From NCBI GenBank assembly GCA_964505635.1, contig CAZDIP010000003.1, positions 79,313 through 143,312 of the forward strand: a DNA stretch of 64,000 nucleotides, in the 5' to 3' direction. Shown one piece after another: positions 28,833 through 38,480 of this stretch. Within the stretch, counting starts at the first letter, position 1, and every line of letters starts with the position of its first letter. The DNA comes from an uncultured Candidatus Saccharibacteria bacterium. GTDB taxonomy: Bacteria; Patescibacteriota; Doudnabacteria; UBA920. A model generated the notes under the pieces. The model searched no databases. It was not told where the DNA came from and saw only the letters and a program-made list of their open reading frames with translations. The translations under genes were made by a program, and so were the position numbers.

Positions 28833-31800
28833 CTACCTTCTCCTGCCAACCCTTCGCCTGGCTCTTGCGGGAGCCTGGATACTGCCAGAAGCATAATCTG
28901 CTATAACCGCTCTCCCCTCGCTCTCAAACCTGGCCAGAGTAGCAGGCTCAACTTTAATTTTTTGCCCTCGCCTTAGACCCATTCTCTGCGCGACTTCTGC
29001 CATTAAAAAAGGCTTACTTCTTAATACTACATCTACCAGCTCAAACGGCCTAATGTCGTAAACTGCCGCCAAATCATTTATTTGTTGGTCATTTAAGGTT
29101 TTGTTTTCCAAAGCGTCTTTCAAAGTTCTTCTGTTTACATCTTTAACCCACTTAGTATAGGCTACCGGCTCATTTCTTTGCCAGATGTCTTTAACAGCCG
29201 GGTCCTGGCTAAGTCTTAGCTGCATTAAAGCCATAAGCATTTTTTGGGGCGTGGTAGCGCCGGGAGCTATTATAGTTGCGGCCACAGGCCTAATATTTTC
29301 AACCTGCTCGGGCGTAAAGCCGTAAGATTCGTACAAACCAGTAACAAAATCATTAATTTTTAATTTTCGGTTTTTTACTTCACCTAAGCCTGTGCCGTAA
29401 ATAAACCGGGTTGGGTTTTGCTCAAAGCTATTTCTCAAATCCTGAGGCAAGATCTTTTCCTTATTCATATTTTGTAACCGCTCGCGCTTTGGCTTCCATT
29501 GCCCCAACTTTTTATTTAAATGATCCAGTCTTAAAATTTTTATACCTCTGACTTTTTTAGTACTTCCATCTGCATTTTTTATTTCTATCTCAGCAATTTC
29601 GTAATCTTTATACTTAACATACCTTGAATCATCGTTAATATCAGTAATAACATTACCAGCAGCATCTACCGGATCACCATCGTCGTTCGTTTCTATGCCC
29701 GCCAAACCTAACCACGCAGCAGCCCGTTGAATTTCCTGTGAATCAGCGGAAACTCCCCATTTTCTGGAAGTCTCATAAAACTCTCTTTGAAGCCTTTCAA
29801 TATTCAAATCTTCCGTGTCACCGGAAATTTGCTCGGCAAAAGACTTGCCATATACATTCATTTCACCCCATTCATTCCAAGCATTAGCCACAGGTTCGCC
29901 TTTTTTATACATACCTAATTCTCTTCTAGGGTCAGTCTCAAGCCAGGCTTTATTTTCATACTTAAACGGATTCCTATTTTTTGGCAACAAATTTTCACTC
30001 CCCCTTCGGCCGTTTCTTACCATATCTCCCAGTTCGGTGTCAGCCCCGGCATCTTTTTCCACCCTGGCTCCCCCAACTGCGCAATACGCACTGCCTCTAA
30101 TGGCGGTATTTCTCCCTTGTGTTATAACTTGTTTTTCACCGTTTCGTTTATCAACAACCAAATAGCCGGTATTTGGATCTACATACGGGACTTCTGTACC
30201 CTTATATCCATATCTATTCTGAGCATCCAAAAATTGGTCAAATCGGCTGGCCAAGAAAAAATTTGGCCACTTTTTATAGGTTTCATTATCATGGTCTATC
30301 CTTCCCACGAAACCGTCTAATCTTACTTCACTACCTGCACTGAAAGCCTGTTCGTTAGCATCAAATTCATCTATCATAATGCGTAAATATTTATCAGACA
30401 TATCTCTTAAATCAGCATCATTAGTCAAAATAAGAAAGTCTTTATTTTTTGGATTTTTTCTTGCCCCAGCCCTAATACAAGCCGCGTCATAAGCATATTT
30501 AATAATCCAGCCCCACATAGGGCGTTGTTCAAATTCTTTTTTCATAACCCGAATTTTTAGTTCAGGGTGTTTGACCTTATACTGTTTAATTACTTCTTCA
30601 GTATCATAAGCCTCAGGCATTCCATTTCGCACCCGCTGTTCAGCCCCATCCATTGTCTGGCCTTTTGCCGCCAACTCCGACTGAAGCTGTAACAATTTAT
30701 CTTTGGGGTGGTTTAAAAACAATATAACTTCAAATTCTTCAGATTTAACAGACCCGTTAGTAACCTGCTTTCTGTATTGCTCAAGTGTATGTTCTATTCC
30801 TTTACCCTCACCAAGAGTATAAACGGGTATACAAGCAACCGCCCTGCATTCATTTGTCATGCGTTCTCTTATGCCAGGCTGGCGCATTATTTCGGACAAA
30901 TCATTAAGGTAGTTTTGATCATTTTCAACCCGATTCTGCATATACCAAGAAAGTTCGTTTTCAAAATCCAAAACCGCCTGAGAGTTTTCTCTTAAAGTCG
31001 GAGACATTCGCTCAGTAAAAATTCTCCGTAACTCTGGGTTTTCTCTGCCATACCCGCCGTAAACAATATCCGTTCCTTCATCAGGAGCGGAACCCTTCAT
31101 CTCCTCAAGCCCCTTCCTTCGTCCCCTATACACCGGCACCGGCGGCACTACCACAAACGGCAAATGTTCTCCGCCTCCTTCCGGCGCGGTAATTTGAGTA
31201 ACAGGCGCGCTGACAATTTCCTTGGCAAAGCCCTGGGCTGTTGCCATGGTATGCCCGTCAAAACGCGCTTCCAAAAACCTAAACGGCAAGTTGCCGTCCT
31301 TAAGCTGGCTTTGGTCGGTAAACATTTTAGACCATTGTTCTCCCAAATATATCCTGCCTTTATTGTCCGCGCCTTCTATTAAATCGCTCAAACCTGACTT
31401 GTTCGCCCCTTCGGTGGGTATGACTGCGGCGCCAAAACGCTTAAAAAAACTGCCGTCGTTTATAGAAGCCTGTAGCTGCTCTTTTAAATGTTTTAATTTT
31501 TCAGCCACAAACTGGTTACCGCTCGCATCCTTATAGCCTTCCACCTCTCCAAAACCCGGCATGGTGTTTCCGCTTGCATCTATCTGCTTTTGAATATTTT
31601 GCAAAAAATTGTCAGCCATTTTGGAAATGTTTAAATAAACCTTGTCCCCGTGTTTTTCCAAATAGCCCATTTGCTGAGTGCCCTCAAACTCCAGCCACTT
31701 TTTGTGAATCTCGCTCCAAAACTGTCCGGGCTCGTCATGCCAATCCACTCTGGGATGCTCGCTTAAACCCGGATAAAGTTTTAAAGTTTCAGCCTTGTCT

Positions 31801-33770
31801 AAATTATGTATTCCGCTTAAAGTTTTGCCGCCCGGGGTTTCCGTTAAATTAAAGCCGTGTTTGGTAAGCCAGTCCTTGGCTTTGGTTGTCAAACTGCCGT
31901 CTGAGTTTAATTCCAGCCTGTCGCTTATTTTATTTCCCGAACCGTCCACTATATAATAGTCATTCGGGCTTGTGGTAGCGGCATCAGGCTTAAAGCTCAA
32001 ACCCGAGTCTAGTTTAAATTTATGCCCTCCCACTAAAACTTCACGCATAGTGCCGCCCAGCTTTACTCCCGGGGTTTCAAACAACTCTTCCGCCCGCCTT
32101 ACAGCCCCTTCTGCTAAAGTAGTTTTCTCGCCCACTGCCGCAAAGTGGGTTTTGTTCCGGACAAAATCAACGCCTCTTTCCAAAAGGCCTCTGGTTTCGT
32201 CATCCATCAACGCCCTGGCTTCCTGAACAGCCAAACCGAACGCTCCGCTCAAAAGCGCTGACTTAATAAAAGCTTTTCGCACTTTTTGTGTTTTTAATTC
32301 GGCAAAAATCTTGTTCTTAGCCTCTACCCCGCCCTCGCCTAAAAGCAAGGTGTCCCTATGGTCTGCCAAATAAATTCTAAAGTCTTCTTCAAAATTTCTG
32401 CCGTTAGCTTCGGTCCATTTTTTTAATGCTACTTTTGCCTTTGCGCGCATTATGTCTAGCTCTGTTTGCTCTTGGGCAGTCTTAGTTAAGTCCGAATAGC
32501 CTATTAAATCCACTTTGTACTTATTTTTCCTGTGTAAAAAGCCTTTGCGCTCTACCCCGGTGTCGGAAAGCTCAATTCTGGCTTCCAGGTCAGCTAAAAT
32601 CTGCATGGCGCTCGCAAATTCCGCCCTGGTTAAGTCTTTAGGTTCTTTACTTGCCAGTTTTTCAAACAACGAAACTTCCATTTCGCGTTTAATGTGCGCA
32701 GCCTTTTTAAACCCTATGCGCGACTCTTCCATCTCTTTCCTTCTTTCAGCTTTGTCTTGGTCAAATACTTTACCCTGCGCCATTTCCCTGGCATGCTGCG
32801 CGCGCTCTACTTCCAGTTTTCTGCTTTCCCGCATGGCGCCCACAGCGCCTGTCACCGCCATGCCCGCGCCGAAAACCGCGGCCGCTTTTTTTAGGCTCCC
32901 CTGCACGGCTTTGCCAGCCACGCTGTAAACCGCGGCCACTCCCACGGCCACGCTTGCCTCGTTTAAAACGCCGCCTGTCCACTTTTGAATGAAGTTGGTA
33001 ATTTTGTCCACCGCGTTTAACTGAGCCTCGGTCCTCACCGCGTCTTTTGCCCGGCCGACGACCACCTCAAAATGCTCATCCAGTTTTTGCAATGCCAAAG
33101 TATGCTGCAAGCCCTGCTCCACCTGTCTTTTTACTTCCTCCTTTGCCCACTTGGCTACCTCAAGCAAATTATCGGCAAACATTTTTCCCTTGCCAAACGC
33201 CTCGGGCGCGGCAGTCTTAACCCTGTCAAGTAATTTGTTTTTTTCCAGGTTAAAAGTTTCTTCGCTTATGCCGCCCTGGCTTTCTCCCCTGGCATAAGCT
33301 TTTATGAGGCCTAAAATTTCATTTTTAAAACTGCCGTCTGTAAGCTCCTGCCTGTGTTCGCCGGCCGCGGTATGGATAAATTCTTTTTCAAACTGCCTAC
33401 TTGCGGAAAATCTGTCGGTAATTGCCTGTACGGTGTTTTTATGGGCAATTTCCGCGTCCCTTCTCTGCGCTTCGCTTACGGTGTTGCCTCCTGCTTGCTT
33501 GTCTGAGTACAAGTTGCCGGAACTTCTTATTTCTTTCTCCGCATTATACCTGTCCAGCGTCTGCTTAAGCTCGCTGCGCTTCCATACAGTCTTGCCAAAA
33601 TGCTTTAGACGATTTAAAAAACCCTGAGGCTTTTGTGTTTCCTCGGTAGATTTTTCCGCGGCCACGTCTTTGGCGCGGCTTTCCGCTAAAGAGCTAATGT
33701 CAACAATGGCAATTCTTTTTTTGCCGCCGGTTAACTCTTGGTTTGACAGTCCCGAAAAACGCTCGGTCAT
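28833..33770 (-). CDS. giant protein (1645 aa) with an internal GT-A-like (family-2 glycosyltransferase-like) region. Function otherwise unknown.
   Basis: Uninterrupted 4.9-kb ORF. The segment ACIPVYTLGE...FEVILFLNHPKD...LILTNDADLRDMSD resembles GT2 motifs (DxD). Confidence 0.6.
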   Translation of the reverse strand: MTERFSGLSNQELTGGKKRIAIVDISSLAESRAKDVAAEKSTEETQKPQGFLNRLKHFGKTVWKRSELKQTLDRYNAEKEIRSSGNLYSDKQAGGNTVSEAQRRDAEIAHKNTVQAITDRFSASRQFEKEFIHTAAGEHRQELTDGSFKNEILGLIKAYARGESQGGISEETFNLEKNKLLDRVKTAAPEAFGKGKMFADNLLEVAKWAKEEVKRQVEQGLQHTLALQKLDEHFEVVVGRAKDAVRTEAQLNAVDKITNFIQKWTGGVLNEASVAVGVAAVYSVAGKAVQGSLKKAAAVFGAGMAVTGAVGAMRESRKLEVERAQHAREMAQGKVFDQDKAERRKEMEESRIGFKKAAHIKREMEVSLFEKLASKEPKDLTRAEFASAMQILADLEARIELSDTGVERKGFLHRKNKYKVDLIGYSDLTKTAQEQTELDIMRAKAKVALKKWTEANGRNFEEDFRIYLADHRDTLLLGEGGVEAKNKIFAELKTQKVRKAFIKSALLSGAFGLAVQEARALMDDETRGLLERGVDFVRNKTHFAAVGEKTTLAEGAVRRAEELFETPGVKLGGTMREVLVGGHKFKLDSGLSFKPDAATTSPNDYYIVDGSGNKISDRLELNSDGSLTTKAKDWLTKHGFNLTETPGGKTLSGIHNLDKAETLKLYPGLSEHPRVDWHDEPGQFWSEIHKKWLEFEGTQQMGYLEKHGDKVYLNISKMADNFLQNIQKQIDASGNTMPGFGEVEGYKDASGNQFVAEKLKHLKEQLQASINDGSFFKRFGAAVIPTEGANKSGLSDLIEGADNKGRIYLGEQWSKMFTDQSQLKDGNLPFRFLEARFDGHTMATAQGFAKEIVSAPVTQITAPEGGGEHLPFVVVPPVPVYRGRRKGLEEMKGSAPDEGTDIVYGGYGRENPELRRIFTERMSPTLRENSQAVLDFENELSWYMQNRVENDQNYLNDLSEIMRQPGIRERMTNECRAVACIPVYTLGEGKGIEHTLEQYRKQVTNGSVKSEEFEVILFLNHPKDKLLQLQSELAAKGQTMDGAEQRVRNGMPEAYDTEEVIKQYKVKHPELKIRVMKKEFEQRPMWGWIIKYAYDAACIRAGARKNPKNKDFLILTNDADLRDMSDKYLRIMIDEFDANEQAFSAGSEVRLDGFVGRIDHDNETYKKWPNFFLASRFDQFLDAQNRYGYKGTEVPYVDPNTGYLVVDKRNGEKQVITQGRNTAIRGSAYCAVGGARVEKDAGADTELGDMVRNGRRGSENLLPKNRNPFKYENKAWLETDPRRELGMYKKGEPVANAWNEWGEMNVYGKSFAEQISGDTEDLNIERLQREFYETSRKWGVSADSQEIQRAAAWLGLAGIETNDDGDPVDAAGNVITDINDDSRYVKYKDYEIAEIEIKNADGSTKKVRGIKILRLDHLNKKLGQWKPKRERLQNMNKEKILPQDLRNSFEQNPTRFIYGTGLGEVKNRKLKINDFVTGLYESYGFTPEQVENIRPVAATIIAPGATTPQKMLMALMQLRLSQDPAVKDIWQRNEPVAYTKWVKDVNRRTLKDALENKTLNDQQINDLAAVYDIRPFELVDVVLRSKPFLMAEVAQRMGLRRGQKIKVEPATLARFESEGRAVIADYASGSIQAPARARRRVGRRR

Positions 33771-33771
33771 A

Positions 33772-34089
33772 TTATTGGATTCCCAAATACGACTTCCTAA
33801 AATTGCTTAATTCTTCCTTAACCACTTCCTGCAAATTAGGGACATTCTGCTCGGTAAAGCTTGCTATTTGCTCTCCAGTGCCGTGCTTTAAAAGTTTTTC
33901 AAATTCTTCCAGTTTTTCGGGCGGCAAATGCGCCACAATCGCCGCGTTAACTATGTTTTCCACCCTGCCGGCCAAATCCTCTTTTATTTGAGCTAAAACT
34001 TCATCTTCCAAATTCTCAAACTTTTTTTCGGCAACCAAAAGTTCCACAAATTCTTTTATGTTCGGGTTGTTTAGCGCGCTTTGTGTCAT
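33772..34089 (-). CDS. hypothetical small protein, translationally coupled to the giant gene
   Basis: 105 aa. Its stop lies 2 nt from the giant-gene start. Confidence 0.5.
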   Translation of the reverse strand: MTQSALNNPNIKEFVELLVAEKKFENLEDEVLAQIKEDLAGRVENIVNAAIVAHLPPEKLEEFEKLLKHGTGEQIASFTEQNVPNLQEVVKEELSNFRKSYLGIQ

Positions 34090-34225
34090 ATGTTTTTAGC
34101 TTTTGTTTCTTTATAGTTAAATACAATCTTTGCTTTATTAAAGCATAAAAATAAAAATATGGCAAAAGTTGTCAAAGAAAAAATATAATGTTAATTTTTA
34201 TTATATATAATAAGTTTCTTAGTAT

Positions 34226-34465
34226 ATGTCCCAGGACTTTAAATCCATTTTTGCTTTTTTAGATCAAATGAAAATTGATCTAAAAAACGAAATTATTGAT
34301 GAATTGGCACCAAAATTTGATCGAATTCAGACTTCTTTAAACAACTTAACTTAAATGGTTAAGGGTTTTGAAGAAGAAATGATAGTAAACAGAAAAAGAA
34401 TAGAAAGACTGGAAGAATGGGCCAAACAGGTTTCCCAAAAAACTGGAATTCCGATTCCTTTTTAA
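34226..34465 (+). other. two tandem in-frame micro-ORFs (42 aa and 36 aa) separated only by TAA
   Basis: MSQDFKSIFAFLDQMKIDLKNEIIDELAPKFDRIQTSLNNLT-TAA-MVKGFEEEMIVNRKRIERLEEWAKQVSQKTGIPIPF. Both are coiled-coil-like. Confidence 0.2.
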
Positions 34466-34469
34466 AAAT

Positions 34470-34733
34470 TCATCCCTCACTTATTTTTGAAAGGCTTGAG
34501 CTAAGACGGTTTTTCAGATGTGTCATGCTTTGTCCAAAATTTTTCAATTTCTTTTCTCTTAGCCTGGCGTCTAATTCTGAAAAATATGCCTCATAATAAA
34601 CAAGTTTCCAAACATGTCCCTTAGTATAGCTAGATCTACCGCTATTATGTTCTATCATTCTTCTTTTTAAATCTATTGTAGATCCTAAATAGCTATCGCC
34701 AACTTCATTAATGATCAAATAAACATAAGTCAT
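34470..34733 (-). CDS. GIY-YIG nuclease-domain protein, second copy. Sits at the island border.
   Basis: YVYLIINEVGDSYLGSTIDLKRRMIEHNSG. Confidence 0.75.
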   Translation of the reverse strand: MTYVYLIINEVGDSYLGSTIDLKRRMIEHNSGRSSYTKGHVWKLVYYEAYFSELDARLREKKLKNFGQSMTHLKNRLSSSLSKISEG

Positions 34734-34773
34734 ATAAAAATTATATCAAAAATAAGTGAGGGATAAAAAGAAA

Positions 34774-34819
34774 AGAGCCCAGGGTCCAGTCGCAGATGCG
34801 AGTGGAAACCTTGGGCTCT
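34774..34819 (-). terminator. intrinsic terminator of island gene 1
   Basis: AGAGCCCAGGGT...ACCTTGGGCTCT. A 12-bp stem followed on the minus strand by UUUUCUUUUU. Confidence 0.65.
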
Positions 34820-34879
34820 TACAGCTTCTCGCCGCCTGGTGACAATTTAGTGCGTCATCCAGGGCGGCTGCTTGAAACG

Positions 34880-36250
34880 TTACGGCTGGGCCGGGGTCAT
34901 GACCGGCTTTGCGGCAGACGGCTGAGGCGCGGACTTGCCCTTCTGCGGCTTGGGCTCTTTGAGGGCGTTCTTCACGCCCCGGTTGCCCTTCGCCGCGAGC
35001 AACGCGCGCAGCGCCTCGGCCTTGTCCTTCACTTCGGCCACGGTCGCCGTGTTGGCGGCCATGTCCGTTCGCAACTTTCCAATCGCCGTCTTGTGCTCGT
35101 CCACATCCGTGCGGAGCGACGCTACCTGAGTCTTAACCCCCGAAACTTCATCAGCGGCCCAACCCCGAACCTGCGTCTCAGTCACACCACTACCACTTGT
35201 ACTTGCAGCGGACAACGCCTGAATGGCGTTGTTCATTGCGGTCATTGCGGTAGTAATCCGATCATCCGAAACAGCAGAGTCCACGGCTTCCTTCTTGATG
35301 CCGTTTCGACAAATCTTACCCGCTTCGGCAGAGCTACCCTTGCGGGCGCCCCATGCGCCCCTCCTCCAATCCGCGTCGGCGTTACAAAGACCTTCGATTG
35401 TCAATTTGAGAGTGGCGACTTGGCCTTCCAAACGGACAATGCGCGGATCAACAGTCGGGGGCGTAGGCGGAGCGGGTGCGGGTGCGGCGAGGATCTCGAT
35501 TTCAGAGGTGGTGGAGGCAAAACTGCCACCAACCGTCTCCAAAGCCTCAATCGTCCGCATACCGACCGTCGCAGCCACGTCCACCGCGACCATGATGTTG
35601 CTAACGCAGTCGCCGGCCTGGGAAGCACGAGACACGTCAACAACCACACCACTGCCCGAAACCCGAACGTTCTGGAGCGGGTCTTTGGTGCAGAAGGTCA
35701 TCGCCGTTGTGGTTCCAGCCTTCAACTGCGCCGGTTCCACCTTGGTGAAAGTCACCGCAGCGTCGGAACGCAGAGCGCCACCAGCACCGAGCAAGGCAAG
35801 GAGAGCGATGGCGTGAGTGATGCTGGGCGGCGTCTCGTGACCCCTGCGTCGACGACGGACAAACCACCATACCGCAAGAATCAAGGCCGAAACAACAATC
35901 AGCCACATCCAATTGCGACCAAACCAACCCCAGTCAATTTCAAAGACTGGTTCGGTCTTGTTGTCACGTTGGGTGTTGAGTTTGAGTTGGTCGACGAGCT
36001 TGTCGACTTTCGTCATAAGCTCGCCCATCTCGTCCCGGGTAGCGACCCCACCGAGTTTGGTTTCGATCGCCTCGAGCTTATCCGTCAAGACCTTCAGTTG
36101 CTCGGGCGTTGCGGCGGGCGCGGGGACTGCGGGCACGACGACGACGGGTTGGCCGGTTGCCGGCTTCCCGATCTGGGCGGTCGCGTTGTTTGTTACCATC
36201 GCCGCGAGGGCGACGGCGAGAGCGAACGAGAAAAACTTGGAGTTGCACAT
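34880..36250 (-). CDS. high-GC secreted/membrane coiled-coil protein (island gene 1)
   Basis: 456 aa. Signal peptide MCNSKFFSFALAVALAAMVTNNATAQ. TM WMWLIVVSALILAVWWFVRRRRR. PAPAPPTPPT linker. About 60% GC. The antisense ORF 34796-36274 is rejected. Confidence 0.7.
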   Translation of the reverse strand: MCNSKFFSFALAVALAAMVTNNATAQIGKPATGQPVVVVPAVPAPAATPEQLKVLTDKLEAIETKLGGVATRDEMGELMTKVDKLVDQLKLNTQRDNKTEPVFEIDWGWFGRNWMWLIVVSALILAVWWFVRRRRRGHETPPSITHAIALLALLGAGGALRSDAAVTFTKVEPAQLKAGTTTAMTFCTKDPLQNVRVSGSGVVVDVSRASQAGDCVSNIMVAVDVAATVGMRTIEALETVGGSFASTTSEIEILAAPAPAPPTPPTVDPRIVRLEGQVATLKLTIEGLCNADADWRRGAWGARKGSSAEAGKICRNGIKKEAVDSAVSDDRITTAMTAMNNAIQALSAASTSGSGVTETQVRGWAADEVSGVKTQVASLRTDVDEHKTAIGKLRTDMAANTATVAEVKDKAEALRALLAAKGNRGVKNALKEPKPQKGKSAPQPSAAKPVMTPAQP

Positions 36251-36711
36251 GTGTGTTTCCTTGTAGAAGTTTGAGAATTCGGTTATTGATGCATTTCAAA
36301 TACGATGCACCAAAAACAAACTTGCAAAAATTCGCCAAGGCCACTTTCGTGCCCTTTGCAAAAAAAGTTAAAGGTAATTTTATTCTTCGAGCTGGTCGAG
36401 AAGATAAAATTATCAATATGTTCTCCATAAAGTCGAACAATATTGATTTCAACCCTTTTCGCAAAGGACACTGCTTTCTGCGCAACTGCCTGCAAAAACT
36501 TATAAATAACGTTTCAAAAATTCCTCCAACGACTTCTCCGCTGTTAATTTTATAGCGAAGTCGTGCTCCGAAGCTCTCTTGTTTAAATCAAATGATAACA
36601 TTTAATTCAAACGGCCTCGTAACACATGTCGCATGTAAATTAATTAGCGAAGGAGTACTACAAATTGTTAAACAACTTGTCAAAATAAAGCTTTTGTACA
36701 GCAATAATTTT

Positions 36712-36752
36712 GACCTAATATTATAACAAATATTTTACTTATTGTCAATACT
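36712..36752 (-). promoter_or_regulatory. consensus sigma70-type promoter for island gene 1
   Basis: Minus strand: TTGACA (36744-36749), 18-nt spacer, TATAAT (36720-36725). Confidence 0.55.
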
Positions 36753-36881
36753 TTTAGCAAAATTAGCGCATATTTAAAACAAATAATGCATAAAGTCTTA
36801 TATTTATAACAAAAAATCAAGGTGGCGAGACTGGCTCAACCACCCTGACAGATGTTGTTTGCCTATAACTTCCTAACGCCT

Positions 36882-36931
36882 GTCATTCCGGACTTGCCTG
36901 CCCGCTTTTGGCGGGATCCGGAATCCAGTAT
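36882..36931. repeat. R2 hairpin element, copy 1
   Basis: GTCAT-TCCGGA-cttgcctgcccgcttttggcggga-TCCGGA-ATCCAGTAT. Confidence 0.5.
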
Positions 36932-36960
36932 TTTAGATAAGCTTAAGCTCTTTTGAATCG

Positions 36961-38136
36961 TTACGGCGTGGGCATTACAACCCGGGTCGGGAGCTTCACA
37001 AGCTCGCTCCCGGCAGGCCAAAAATACCACCCTGCGCCTGCGCCCACAACACACAACCCCTTCTCTACAATGTCACCCGCACCGTGGCGCTTAAAGCCCC
37101 CCAGACCCGGGATTAGCTGATACCCGCAGTTCAGAAGGGGTATCTTACTCCAGGTCGGTCGTCCCGGCTTTTTTGTAGGAGCATTCACTGTGACCACGAA
37201 ACTACAGGTCACTGTGTGCCCTTGGCTGTCCTTGCCGGTTACTCGAAAGCGGTGTGAGCCAGGTGCGAGGGTGCTAGGGTCAATATTGATAGCCGGAGTT
37301 CTGAGTCCGCCTTCAACACCTTCCTGTGTCCACTCAAGATCCGTGACCTCACCTTTGAAGTGAGGTATTACCTTGAACAGGGGTGTACTCGGATCTATAT
37401 TCGTCAGTTGTACAGACGACTCAAACCCCACGCACACCGCGCATTCGTGCGACGGCGGCTTGGCAATGGCCGTTGGCGGAGGCGGTGGCGGAAGGAATTG
37501 GCGATTTTTGAACAAAACCACCGACACCTTCCCGCTTTCCACTGCGACTCTGCTAGCCGAGGCGTAGATCATCTCCCACCCTTCGCTAGGAAGTTCACTA
37601 ATGTCATAGCTGCCTTGCGGCAACTCAACATCCGCGAACCCGCGATGATCCACCCGAACTCTGTGGTTTCCGACGCGGAACTCAAAAGGTAGCACATTGG
37701 ACATGCGACGGCTGTCGCTATCAAACTGCTCCTTCTGAATTCGTACGATTCCGGGGGGCGGAGGAGGAGGTGGCGGAGCGGGCTTGGGGGGGCAGCCTTT
37801 GCAGCGCGCCTGGTTGACGCACTGTTCCAGCACCACCCTCAAGCCGTCATCCGACAGCCAACCGAGTGTTCCAGCCGGAACGCGGTACGTGTTGCGGTCG
37901 TCCACCAACGAGTGGCGACCCTCAACACAATACTGCATGCCGATAAGCGACTCAGATCCGGAAAAAACGTAACGGCGCATTAACTTTCCTTGTGCCTTCA
38001 CGCTCTCCAATTCCGCGCCGCACCGTCTCATTGCCGTAGGCGAATCCTGCCGCGGTACCAAATTACGAGTCTGCTGCCCCAGCGCCAGGCCGGCGCCGAG
38101 GACAACGGAAATAAACCAGAAAACGATTCTAGACAT
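36961..38136 (-). CDS. high-GC secreted protein with polyproline linkers and a HYR/Ig-like C-terminal domain (island gene 2)
   Basis: CAGGAGGAGcaaaATG SD. Signal peptide MSRIVFWFISVVLGAGLA. Two PPPPPPP tracts. HTVTCSFVVTVNAPT is HYR-like. Confidence 0.7.
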   Translation of the reverse strand: MSRIVFWFISVVLGAGLALGQQTRNLVPRQDSPTAMRRCGAELESVKAQGKLMRRYVFSGSESLIGMQYCVEGRHSLVDDRNTYRVPAGTLGWLSDDGLRVVLEQCVNQARCKGCPPKPAPPPPPPPPGIVRIQKEQFDSDSRRMSNVLPFEFRVGNHRVRVDHRGFADVELPQGSYDISELPSEGWEMIYASASRVAVESGKVSVVLFKNRQFLPPPPPPTAIAKPPSHECAVCVGFESSVQLTNIDPSTPLFKVIPHFKGEVTDLEWTQEGVEGGLRTPAINIDPSTLAPGSHRFRVTGKDSQGHTVTCSFVVTVNAPTKKPGRPTWSKIPLLNCGYQLIPGLGGFKRHGAGDIVEKGLCVVGAGAGWYFWPAGSELVKLPTRVVMPTP

Positions 38137-38267
38137 TTTGCTCCTCCTGTGAGCTGTCTGAAAAACTCTAAAATCTTGCGGCCCAGCATGGGTCGCTGAC
38201 ATGTGCCAGCGGCTTGCCGGACACTGTTTAAAGCCATAAAAAGCCTTAAACAACGTACGGCAATTTG

Positions 38268-38305
38268 ACTATATATTATATCAATTTTTTACATAAATGT
38301 CAATA
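38268..38305 (-). promoter_or_regulatory. consensus promoter for island gene 2
   Basis: Minus strand: TTGACA (38298-38303), 17-nt spacer, TATAAT (38275-38280). Confidence 0.55.
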
Positions 38306-38340
38306 TTAATACTAAAATTAACTTATTTAAAAAGAAAAAA

Positions 38341-38373
38341 GCCTCCTACCCAAAACACGTCCGGGCAGGAGGC
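38341..38373 (-). terminator. intrinsic terminator of island gene 3
   Basis: GCCTCCTACCC...GGGCAGGAGGC, followed on the minus strand by UUUUUUCUUUUU. Confidence 0.65.
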
Positions 38374-38480
38374 GAATACCCAAGGCTGCAGCTCATACCT
38401 CAACGCGCGCTTATGCGCGCCTTGCGGGAGCACCTCAAAGCCTTGAGTTAGTTTAGATGAAAACGATTCAGCCGCCGAAC

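Noticed and set aside
34796-36274. 492-aa plus-strand ORF in the high-GC island
   Set aside because: Arg/Gly/Leu-rich low-complexity translation typical of the antisense frame of a GC-rich gene. The minus-strand ORF has a signal peptide, TM, SD and promoter.
36078-36555. ORFs in the AT-rich spacer of the island (36078-36485, 36109-36555, 36283-36495)
   Set aside because: Overlapping Arg-rich or low-complexity frames with no SD. The region is better explained as the promoter and 5' UTR of island gene 1.
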